DNA of 64,000 nt, taken from positions 15,362,795 to 15,426,794 of the forward strand of contig NC_092670.1 of NCBI RefSeq assembly GCF_964355755.1, in the 5' to 3' direction. The stretch is from Antedon mediterranea (lineage: Eukaryota; Animalia; Echinodermata). Shown one piece after another: positions 52,662 through 64,000 of the stretch. Position 1 is the stretch's first letter; each line of letters begins with the position of its first letter. Made by a program: the position numbers and the translations under genes. The notes under the pieces are model-generated. The model made no database searches. It saw only the letters and a list, made by a program, of their open reading frames with translations, and was not told the DNA's origin.

Positions 52662-55600
52662 TCAGGTGGAACCATTCCTTTTACTTGAACATACGTATGA
52701 CAGCATCATTTTAATTTCTTCCCGTACAACTAGGTCGTGTGGATGAACGTCAGACCCCGTATGGTGACAATTTGTCATATCCCAAACATCTATTATCACA
52801 ATATTTGGAACATCTTTCATAACGTCACGCATGATAGCATCCAATTTCATTACATACCAATCACTAAAATTAATTGTAGACGTTGGAGTGTAAGCGAAAG
52901 ACCGCGTATTAGCAGATTTAATTATCACTAACGTTTCTGGACTGCGTTGATAAAGTCTAGTCAACGCGTTTCGAACGCATATGAGACGCGATTGATAATC
53001 GTCCAACGTTACTCCTGTAAAATGTGCCCACATATTTAAAACAACCACTGTGTTTTTATCCGCTCTTAGTTTATCTATTTCATTGAACTCGTATTGTATA
53101 TTCTTAACTAGCATCCAAGTGTTTCGAATTGGAAGACCATGATGGAAAAACCTAGACGTAAAATTGTTCTTCGGATCCTCAGCCGTCAACGGACCGACTT
53201 TATAAGTAGATTTATGTTCATAGAACGTGACGTTATTTAACGTCGGTAAATACTCCAATAGGAAGTTATACCATTGACGTAATGTTGAGTCTCCGTAAAA
53301 ATATAAACGTTTGTTACGCAGACAAGACTGAACAGCTGCAGTACTTAAGTATCTGGCGTTACATACGTTAGAATGCCACACGTCTCTATAATAAAATCCC
53401 GAAGTCATGCTGGATGTAGGCCTACTACCTCCTGCAGACGATAAGCCTGGATTTCTCGCAGAAGGCCTAGGCCTACAGAACGGTAAATGTGCTTTGCATA
53501 GATGGTAGCCTTCCAGTTGTTCTGAAAATTAACAATAAGATTTAATCCGTAAGTTTTTACGTAGTCATAACGTTTTAACGGGATAACGTTTGGGTTCAAA
53601 ACTGTGTACCCGGAGCAACCATTTAAATGAGATATTTTGTTAATCAAGTACAAAAATGCCTTTTTATTTGGCACATGGATTGTTATTGGTCCTTCATGGT
53701 TCAACTTTATAAATGAAGTAGGCCTATTGGCTGCAACATTAGCCTTACATTAATATGTTAGTACGCGTTGTCTAGTGATCATTAAATCATAATCATCAAA
53801 TCAGATCTTTGTTAGTGTTGTTTTGATATCTTCTTTGTAAAATAATGTTATTGTTTGAAGCTTTAACGTTATTGTATCATAACTTTGTCAAAGATGCCGC
53901 TGATATAAAAGCATGTCAATATATCAATGAACTTTGTTAATAGTTTGCCTACCATTTGATTGCACTTTAATAGCCAATGGCTGAAGACGTCTTAAAACTC
54001 TTCGGATGTACTTTCTGGAAGTTTAATAATCACATGACAATGTCATTCAGATGCATTGAGTATGTAACGCTAAGTATAATGCATTTAATATTTGATTGAA
54101 ATACACCCTATTGATATTCAACCTATTTACCCTCCAAACCCTAAACTGACTTGGCCTCTACAGTACCAGCTTCAAGTGGTAGCGGAAAGGAGTTTTTTGT
54201 TTTCCAGCTCGATTTTGGAACCGTTTTGAGTTAGGCCTACCTTATTATTGTTATTCTTGCTGAATTCAAAATAGTAGGTGCTATTTGGATTTCATGGCCG
54301 AAACTCCGCACTAAACATGGTCATCCAAAAGTATCATTCGGTAATATTACACTGTTCATCTTATCCCATTACACCAATATTACAAAATGTATAGTTACAT
54401 ATAGTTATAATATTTACATTTGTTAGTTTTTGTTTGTTTTGGGGGGTTTTTTTTGGTAATGTTTCATGAAAAACTTACGTTTGAAATGCATCTTCCTCTC
54501 CCGGTAACAGTAGTTCATTTGTCCGTTTCTGTGTCAGTGCTGGGTTACCGTGGTGCTCTATCCAAGACGAACACGGTAGATTCTTTGGTTTTTCACAGAA
54601 CCATGGCTGCCCGGATAATTCATCGGTAAAATTGCACAATAGTCGAGATGAATCCAAATGTATATGACATTTTGTGATTTTTATCTTCTTTCCGGATTGA
54701 AACTTACCCTCGTAAACCATCCGATATGGATTCTCGTGGTATATTCTTTTTACAATTCTTATAACTTCACTTGGAATCATTAGCGTCACTTCAATATTCA
54801 CTAATCCTGTCCATGGTAACGTAAAATACGCGGAATACGTTCCATTCCCATGATCAATAATGTCTCCATTATTTGAAGAACTAGCATTTAAATTATCATT
54901 GTATATCCTGGCCCTGAAATAATCTCCACCATTTTGTTTAGGCCGGTTCCAGTCGTCACGTGCCTGGATAAAAACGTGTATTTTATCACATGTTACGTAT
55001 TTATTTTTCAAGTCAATGATCTCATATTTACTTTTTCTTGGACTTGTTATTTGGGAAGTTAGAAGGGTTGTTGTATCAATATTGTAATTATCGTTGTAGG
55101 CTGGTAAATCACGACCATATGTGACGAGGGAAGGAGGCGACTCGGGGCCCGTGGGGTACACATGACGTATAACGAATGGTGGATGTGTTGACTTCCTATC
55201 TGAATGTTTGTATTTCTCGTTGCTTGCGGATCTTGAAGAAAAACTGTTCTGATAAAATCCATTCTGTAATTAACAATAATAATTTGTAAGTATTTAAATG
55301 TGGTTTTAAAATACATCACAGATACATAACCTACATTATAACAAAAACAGAAAAAGTTAAATAAAATATAATAATTTAATTAATAATCTAATAATTAAAA
55401 GGCAAAAGAAAAATGTTAATTGTTCCGTTAATATAGGTAGAGAAATAACCATATCCTAATTTAGTAGTATCAAAATACTTTTATGTTCTATGCCATGGAG
55501 TAAAATTAAAAAAATCGAAACCGGTATATTTATCAATGATTCTCTGTCCTCGGATGTTTATATAGTTACTAAGCACAACGTAACGTTTGATCACTCATTG

Positions 55601-56089
55601 AGGAATGTCAACAATAATAAACCACCTCGACTTTATTCGGCAGTTAGACGTCGACATTATGCACGACGACGACGATCAAGCGTAAATGTTTGCAATTATA
55701 TCATGAGAGAGAGGCCACACTTGATTAATTACGAGCAATGATTTTAAAATATAGACTCTCTAAAACATCGCTATTCAAACGATCAACGAAAGGATGGCGA
55801 GTGTGTGTGGGTGGGGGCAGTGCATTGTTGGGTCCCATATGGGTCACCTTCTCAAAGAACTGCTGAAATTGAAAATCGGACGGTAACTATGCGCAGCTTA
55901 TGTTAAATTCCATGTCTTTATTGTGATGTAGGCCTACCATATTCTGAAAATACTAATGAGAGATGCATATTTACTCACCAAAGATACTGTCATTCGTTGT
56001 ACCCCCGTAGGCCTATACGACTTATAACAAATACCCGACAGCAAAATCATACACACAAGAATGCATTTACGAACACCACCAGTACTCAT
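52662..56089 (-). CDS. NXPE: NXPE family protein (neurexophilin/PC-esterase domain), 4 exons, ~605 aa
   Basis: Exons 56089-55979, 55263-54479, 54014-53953 and 53521-52662 splice in frame. N-terminal signal anchor, ARD...K..GGDYFRAR, DHGNGTYSAYFTLPW, PWFCEKPKNLPC, SGFYY..VW, catalytic GDSTLRQW and DVHP. Confidence 0.9.
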
Positions 56090-58647
56090 ATTTTTCCTGT
56101 TGAAATACAGTTTTACTGCTGAGTAAGTTCATTGTTAGACGACCGGTGTACATAACATCGGACCCCGCATCGGACCTATGATGAACAACTGATGCAGCGC
56201 GCACACAAACTATGCTCTGACGTCATGTTTAACACTCAGCATGCCTCCCAGGAGCGATGCTCTCTCGAAATTTAATAGACCTCTGTCTATCTGTGCTATA
56301 TCTTCTTTCAATCTGAGGTAAAGATAACATAAGAAGTAATGGTAATGTAAACACAAAACTGATAGTGACTTTAGTGTTCTTATTCTATTATTATCTTATC
56401 ATTATTATTATTTGCAACTATAAATCTGCTTAAGTCTGGTTTCTATTAAGACGCAACGCAATGACGTCGTCGTACGCGGTAGCGCAACACAAGACCAATT
56501 ACAAGCGATGGATTCAAATAATTTTTTTGTTCTCACGTTGCGTCCCATGAGAGCATTTTAATTCGTGCTTTACTTTTACACGGAGCTGCATCATCTTCAT
56601 TATCATTACTGGATAAATAAATCAAGTATCTGTTCTAAGCATATTATAACTTGACCCGTATTTTCAACAGGTATAACATCTATTTCCCCGTCTGTCAGTT
56701 AACACGTCGTGTTCTGTCCACAGGGACCCAATTCAACCCATATTATGATTTTAATGGCGCTCCTTATACGGACAAATGAAACTAACACAAATTATACATA
56801 ATCAGAAAAATGATTGAAGGAAGCGACCAATGATACCTGTTTCCGACGCATTATATGCGCATGCGCGTCTGCTTACATGCGGCGACTGGTCCTCAGTTAT
56901 TTCTTTGTGTGCAAATGGAATGACTGCGCAATTAGAACTATTGTAAATGAATAACACGATTCAATATGAAAGTTCTTCCTCCATAGCAATTAAAAGATTG
57001 AAGAAACTAAAATATGAGGCGCCATGATCGTAAATTCTGATTAGTTGTAAATGGATCGCCTTGTTTTAATTTCCTTTGATAGGAGAGCTTTGAAATACAC
57101 CAGGAACCAAGGGGCTTAGGCCTATCAAGAGAGGAGGGATAATTTGTCGGTTGACTTGAACTATCACATGGACTAACGTATGTTATGTATTAGTCAGCAA
57201 CATTAGGGTGAGGGGTTGGTTGTTTTTAGCCCTGAAAAGTCACTGGGAAATAAATAATGTTCACTGTTTGGTGGTTGAGATTCTCGGTTACTGCTCCTGG
57301 GTTCAAATCCCGTTATATGTCAGGATTATGATTTATTTTATTTTTTGTTTTATGTACAGTATTTAATGTGTATATGTGAACATTGAATCGCTTATGGTTA
57401 TTTATTCAATTTGCTTTTAGCAAAAAATAACACTTTAGATGAGAGGTTCCGCGCAAATGCACCATGTCGTACAGTCACGGCGCGGAAAGCGTTGGATGTA
57501 TAGTGTTGAATTTATATTAGTGAAATGTATAGACCTAATGTTATCAACTTCGTTTGATTCATCATGTGAGCTAATGTGAGAACCTTTTCCGGTACTTGAA
57601 TGTTAGAGATAACCTTTTTTCTTCTTTTATAGGATGCAAGCTTGATTGTTTTAGTTGGGTTTTTTTTTGGTCTTTGTATTTTGCTTTTGAATATGGACAA
57701 TTAAAAAAATAAAATTTAAATAAAAAAGTAGCTGATGATTTTCAGTGGAGAAAACACAAATTATTAGACAGTGCCTAAAATGCATTAATATGAAGGATTT
57801 CCAATTGTGAATAGGTCATTAAATTCGACCTTAATCGACACTCCCAAACCCGAATGCACTGAAAACAGGAACCTCATGCCTAACCCACCAAAATGATTTC
57901 CTTTTCTTCGCGAGACGATAAAATTAACATAATCGTATACTGTACTGCGAATCATCTGTCTTATTTCAATCATGAATAAAATACCAATGACCATCAATAA
58001 GTAAACGTGTCGTTATCGGTAAACTTGCGGTCCATAACGTTGCGTTCCGTCTAATTAGTGCGTGAACCAAAACAAAGCGTTAGCTTATTACCGCAGAAAC
58101 GAATAATCATATATCTTTCTACGTTTCAGAATGACGTCAACAAATTGTAATAACAAAACCCAACTTGGATTTTTGGAAGGAAAACGATAACGTCCAATCA
58201 TTACGCGGACCAGGCTACTTTAGCGTTACGTTTGGCATCCACTGAATCAGTGGATGACCTATCCCCTCAACATGTCAATTGTGGTATAAGTTGACAGGAA
58301 TAATACTCTGTGGTGTAATAAAAATGCCAGCGTGTTTATTTTAGATTGCAAGTGTTAAGAATAACTTGCTGTCAATTTTCAACTTCCTCTTACCAATGAC
58401 CAATAGCAAACAGGCACCGCTTGTCAATTTGGTCCTCACTGACTGGGTATTAACCAATCAATGTACTATTAGATAGGTCACTGATTTTATACAATAGTTC
58501 GCGGGAAATCTGATTTCCTTATACAATACTGTACAGGAATTTAATACTGTAGTGGTTGTTTATATCCAAATATTTCTCAATGCTGCTCTATGCAAAGCAA
58601 ATCAATTTAACTAGAACTACAGACACATTAAATAAATACTGTTAAAC

Positions 58648-61600
58648 ATGGACAATAGTGTTACTAGGGAATTGGGATGGCCGTGTGATATTCCATTCAT
58701 TAAATTTAATGGGAAAGTATATCTTTCACAAAATGACTCATTAAAATATCTTCGTATGTATGTCAGGCAGCGTTTTAAAGGCTGGAAGCCCTTTGATCGA
58801 TTTTGGGAACAAAATGGATTGATAGTCAATCATGAGGTACTTCCGAACAGTGCTATAAATGTATCACGAAAGCATATTAGTGTTTCATGTTTTATTCACC
58901 TGTTGTTGGGTGGTGGACATCTTGTAGACAATGTACAGCAGCAACAAACATATATAATTGATACAAATGAACACAATTTAAATTTGATAACTCTACGCGA
59001 TTTTATAAGAGATAAATGCGTAGACTCGGTCATGAACGACCATCTACTTGATAATATAAACGACGAGCCCGTGGTTGAAAATAAAAGACCTGGAAGAAAA
59101 TCTACAACAGAACTATTAGAAAGAATTAATCGCAAAAGGGTTAGGCCAGATATACCAGGAGTTCAAATATCCCCCGCCATTCCTCTTGATGGATCGAGGC
59201 GGCAGGCCTCAAAGCGATTTTCAAATCGAATGGAAGCACATCGAAAATCAATAAAAGATCTTTCTCGGAAGATTCATTGTGGAGGAAAATCTGACTTGCT
59301 GCATGCGTTCGCATGGTAGGTAGAAATAAACAGTTCCGATAAAAATAATTAACAAATTCTTATTCAATATATCTACGTAAATGTGTGAAGTTAGACTAAA
59401 TATGTCTTATTTACAGTATATCAGTAGGCCTAATATAGAATATTCGTATAAAAATATCAAAATATCCCGTAACATTTATACATATTGCAAGTGTACATAT
59501 ATCATATGGCCATTTTCACAACCATACCTAGGTTAAATCATAATAAAAATTGTTGCCAATATAATTACAACTTTTAGGGACCTAACACGTAAAAGTAAAA
59601 ACGACGGAGAAGCTGCAGGCGAATGGAATGGGGCAATATCGAAAGAAGATCTGGTGACTATCCTTACGGAAGCAAAGTCCCCCGATGATGAAGAAACGTC
59701 CGTGTTTGTAGAATTGATTCGGTATGTTATTTATAAATACCTATGTAGGCCTACCACAAAAATATAAGGTCCATCATCATAATATTATTATGTTGTATTC
59801 CACTTTGGGACATTCAGATCTCAGATATATCTGAGTTTTCTAGATTTAGAAAACGCAGATATATCTGATATCTGAATTTTCTAGATCTCAGTTTTTTATA
59901 TATACACCACACTTTATTTTATACATTTTATCATTTACAGAAAGGAAGCCGCTAATCATTTTTATATTAACGAGGAGGACCTGCTCTTTCTGGAAGACAC
60001 TGCAAACGTTGTAGGTGTACTTACATGGTTAAGAAAGCGACTTCCTGGATTTTTAGCATCTGAAAAAAGGGTGAGACTACTGAAGAAGAAGCAAAAGAGT
60101 GAATTTGAGAGAATTCTGCAGCCAAAAGCTATCCCAGGAGGAATAAAAATCGACATAGATGCGTTGCATGATACATTGATGCACGTTTACCATTACGTAA
60201 AAGGAAAGGAATGGTGGCGACTATATGGAGATGGTCGAATAATGGGAAAGCGGCAAACAACTGTACTTGGAATAACCAACATCAACAATGATCAAGCCCT
60301 ATTAGGCAAAGGTTTCCATAGTCCTCATGACTTTTGGAGAATTGCTGTATTTTACTTTGGAGACGATCGTGCCAACTTAGAAGCAAATCTACGTTGTGAT
60401 AATTCGCCATATTTAAATGACTGGGTTTGTAGAATGCAGCGAGATGGACATTACATATTTTTATCCTCAGATGCTAAATTTCAAGACGCAGTACTTGGAG
60501 GGAACATTGGTCCCCTAACAACTGATGGTTTCAACGTATATATTGAAACATCGAAAATTGAGAATAAAGATTATGATGCGACAACAGGCTTACGGTCAAC
60601 TATCAGAAAGTCAATCCAAAGAGAACATGATGAGCGCCTTCTAGAAATACCGATAGATCACTTTGGTGTATGTATTGACCATGGAATAACCAGAATCGTT
60701 GAGCATCAGCTTCGACTTCTCGTTCAGGAAATTCACTCGTAAGTATATTAAGTTATGTGTAGCTAAAAAAAATGAAATACGGTACTTTATTAAAAAATGA
60801 TACCCTTGTTATTATTTTCATTTGCAGTTTAATTTACCTCTTAACTTCCACATGTTTTTTTGTTTCAGTATTACTTCATTAATACCTGGAAATGAAGGTG
60901 TTGCACAGCGAAAAGTTAGACTGCAACATCTCGTTAGCAACATTAAAGCGCGGGGCGTAAACAGGAATAAGGATGGTGGATTCCATATCCAATTTGAAAA
61001 TGACCAACTGAAGCAAATTTCATTAAATAAACCATCTGCTCAGTTGATACTATACCCAGCCACCACAGAATTCTTTCAATATGACACGTCTGTTCCTTTC
61101 CCAGATATTTTCGATAATGTTCTGCCTGATACCCCATACCAAAAGGAGTTGCCAATTGATTTGCAGTCTAAACTAAATTTGCCATCTCCAATTATCACTG
61201 CCAAATACCTACAGCAGCAGATTTTTTACCATCTAGCATGCATGTATAAATTGCAAAGAGATGAACCGAGAAAATTAAAACCTGGTAAAGACCAAGGAAG
61301 TCTATCAGCTGACGATTACATCTGGGGGCACACGGATGATTCTATTACAAAATATACAAAACATGCCGACATGTTCCATCGCCTTATGGTATTTAAATAC
61401 GGCAATGTCTTCACGGGATATGAGATGAAATTTATAGATGTCGTACCGCAGCTTCTTCAATCAACCCCATTCCATTCAGTGATGCGGTTGACAACTGAAC
61501 AAGGAGAACGTTCACATTACATGGATATGTGCCGTTTTTATCAACATTCTACTAGAGGAGGCGGTATCCATAAACCCGATCCTATCCTAAAGTTGTTTGA

Positions 61601-62835
61601 ATGGCAATGGCGGATGATTCACCATCGAGTTAGAGATTGTCCTGTGGAAGTTCAACATCGATTTCATAATTTTATTGACAATAAAAATAGAGTTGAAGAA
61701 CAACCAGATTTGCATGCCAATGAAGAATCAGATATCGATGTTCTCGATGCCGATGGCGAACCCCCAAATGTCCGCTACGGCAATGAAGAACAGCCAGATC
61801 ATAACGAAGACATTACAGTAAATCCACCTATTGATGTCCTTGAAGGGAAATCAGTGGTTGTTGTGGGACGCCTATACAAACAGAAAGAATTAATAAAAAC
61901 TATTGTTGCTAAACATGGCGGTAGGGTTTGGACGAAAGTTCTCCCAAAGATGGGTATTCCCTTACCACACTTTTTAGTAATAACAACACAAGTGGAATGT
62001 GACAGAGAACCAAAACGAATTGCTATGCCACTTGCCGAATGTTTCAAAAGACGTGTGGATATTATAGGAGATACATTATTAAAAGATTTGGAAAATAATT
62101 CTTTCGCTGGAGATATTGATAATTATAGGCTCAATATTTCTAAATTAGAAAATGCACCATCGTATACAATCCAGGCAATACGACAAGATGCGAGTCTCCA
62201 GCAGTACAACAGGTTAGTATGCCATACATGAGCTAAATAAATAATTACTACAATAGTTTAATTATGCCATACGTGTAAAGATCAAACAAATACTTGTAAA
62301 AAAGCATCATATAACATGAAAAAACGCGTTAATCTTTTTCAGCAAATTACCGAGTGCATACACCTACCTTAAACGAAAGGAACGACAAGACAGAAAACCT
62401 CTTCAAGAAGTGAATCACGGACAAACTGCCCATGGGAAGAGAAAAAAGAAAATGAAGTCTGCCCCAAAAAGACGAAAATCCGGTTTCAACTTATTCACTC
62501 AATTGCATATGCCTCAGGTATTAAGATACGTCTTAAGTAAAATACCCTTAGATAAAAAGCATTATAATATGCTTATTACGTACTTCTTCTTTTCACTGCC
62601 TCTACCCCTCAAACTGTCCAAAAATGAGAGCTCAGCTATAATTAACATTGTGATGGATGTCTTTCCTTAGGTAATGCGTGAATATAAGGAGTTGTCATTG
62701 ACCGGTAAAAATGTAATTATTCATGACTTATGGACGCAATGTAGTGATGAACAACATACCGAATGGAATGCTCGTGCACTTCGATTAGTTCAGCCAGAAG
62801 TAGCAGAAAATGTACACAATGTCCAGGGAGAATAA
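58648..62835 (+). CDS. RAG1/Transib/Chapaev-like DDE transposase with C-terminal BRCT-like and HMG-box domains (6 exons, ~1097 aa)
   Basis: Exons 58648-59315, 59578-59721, 59941-60738, 60869-62212, 62343-62517 and 62671-62835 splice in frame with no stops. Motifs: RLYGDGR (D, 60230), FLSSDAKF (D, 60470), CIDH, FTGYEMKFIDVVP, TTEQGERSH (E, 61506), BRCT-like VLEGKSVVVVGRL..K..I...V.KHGGRV, HMG-box PKRRKSGFNLF...LWTQCSDEQHTEWNARA. Confidence 0.75.
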
Positions 62836-63590
62836 GGTTTACATAATTAGTACCAGATAGGCTAATCACTTGAATTTAAGTTTTAAATCGCATGATACTA
62901 TACTAAAAATCATCTTATCTTTCATTATTAATTCTCAAGCAGGATCTCAAAGATAATATTCAATTAAATTTGAACTGTCATAATATACCAACTTAAGCAG
63001 AAGGTTCAAATCTCAGTTAACGGGTTTTTCTCATTCATACAGGCTTGCTTATTTTGTTTACAATTTCTTCTGTGCCTGTTAATTATTATAATAATAATTA
63101 TTATATACATCTATATTATTATATTACAATTAATAAGAAAATAAACAAATTACAGCGAACCACTATTTATATTACAGTCGTATATACACAATTTCTTTGT
63201 GTTGTATTATACACATTTCATGATTTATTGCCTAGTATACCATAGTGGATTGATCGAATAAAGTTGAACATCACAGGCATAATTGTTTAGGACTGAAAAA
63301 TACAGGCTTACACTCCTTATACTGTATTAAGTTGAATCTGGTCAAATAAGACCACAAAAAACATTACTACAATTTATTAACATTTCTTTACTGCAAAAAC
63401 GTGGGCAGTGATACGGTACGTTATATTTTTCTTTATTGTAGTTTATTTTAATCCCTTGTTTATAATCGACTCTTCCACAAGTCAAATATTTGAGGTTAAG
63501 TTTTCCCACTGCTCAAAGAAATAGTTACACTACTACCAGATAGAATAGAACAGTATAACTATACTAATAAGCCTCAGAAACAACTTTAAT

Positions 63591-64000
63591 ATGGATTATT
63601 CTTATGTTAATGGAGAGCATGTTGAAGTGTTTGATGAAGAGTGTGGTATATGGAGATCGGCTAAGGTTATTAATATTAGCACGGATACCATAAGTGAACC
63701 TGGGATTTGTATTCATTATATTGGGTGGCAGCCAAAGCATAACACACTCATTTCAATTAAGAAACATATTCGCCCAGCAACACCATTCGTTACGGGAAAG
63801 AGAAAGCGAATTCCAAAAACGCACAGTGTTTCAAATTACTTTAAGACTGTGCCCGAAAATCTTGTTATTGAAGACCCTGTAAAATTTATGTACGATGGGA
63901 AACGGTTTCAGGGATTTGTCGTCGAAAATGACCCTTTTCTGAAAACAATGAAGGTTTCTTACGAGAACGGATATAAAGAAAAAGACATAACATATGCTGA
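63591..64000 (+). CDS. ORF with Tudor/chromo-barrel-like N-terminus, truncated by the window end (at least 136 aa)
   Basis: Open from ATG 63591 to the end of the window: MDYSYVNGEHVEVFDEECGIWRSAKVINI...ICIHYIGWQPKHNTLI...VKFMYDGKRFQGFVVENDPFLKTMKVSYENG. Absent from the ORF track because it has no stop inside the window. Confidence 0.6.
   Translation, partial: MDYSYVNGEHVEVFDEECGIWRSAKVINISTDTISEPGICIHYIGWQPKHNTLISIKKHIRPATPFVTGKRKRIPKTHSVSNYFKTVPENLVIEDPVKFMYDGKRFQGFVVENDPFLKTMKVSYENGYKEKDITYA

Noticed and set aside
54240-54352. Extra NXPE exon
   Set aside because: Candidate acceptors give in-frame stops or a phase mismatch; 54014-53953 joins the flanking exons cleanly.
58648-62835. True RAG1 orthologue
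   Set aside because: No RING or nonamer-binding domain recognised, zinc ligands are absent, similarity is limited to motif order, and no convergent RAG2-like gene was seen in the window.

Overview
AT-rich eukaryotic genomic DNA with GT-AG introns, probably from a marine invertebrate deuterostome (echinoderm-like; inferred from gene content, MITE families and abundant TAGGCCTA). All gene models and domain calls were made by eye, without database searches. Host genes reconstructed by splicing: two tandem near-identical CYP2-clan cytochrome P450 genes (minus strand) with the last two coding exons of an AMPK-gamma (PRKAG) gene between them, MTMR14, an SLC20/PiT phosphate transporter, a matrix metalloproteinase and an NXPE-family gene. 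Mobile DNA includes a young RTE LINE with a perfect 11-bp TSD, a decayed Rex/Babar-like LINE, a Helentron-like element and several MITE families. Two elements stand out. (1) An intact 6-exon, ~1097-aa RAG1/Transib/Chapaev-like DDE transposase carrying C-terminal BRCT-like and HMG-box domains, followed by a Tudor/chromo-barrel-like ORF that runs off the window. (2) A 2.5-kb P-like element (28-bp TIRs, 7-bp TSD) with two convergent genes: a RAG1-N-terminus-like C4 zinc domain and an acidic-tract plus ING-type PHD finger.
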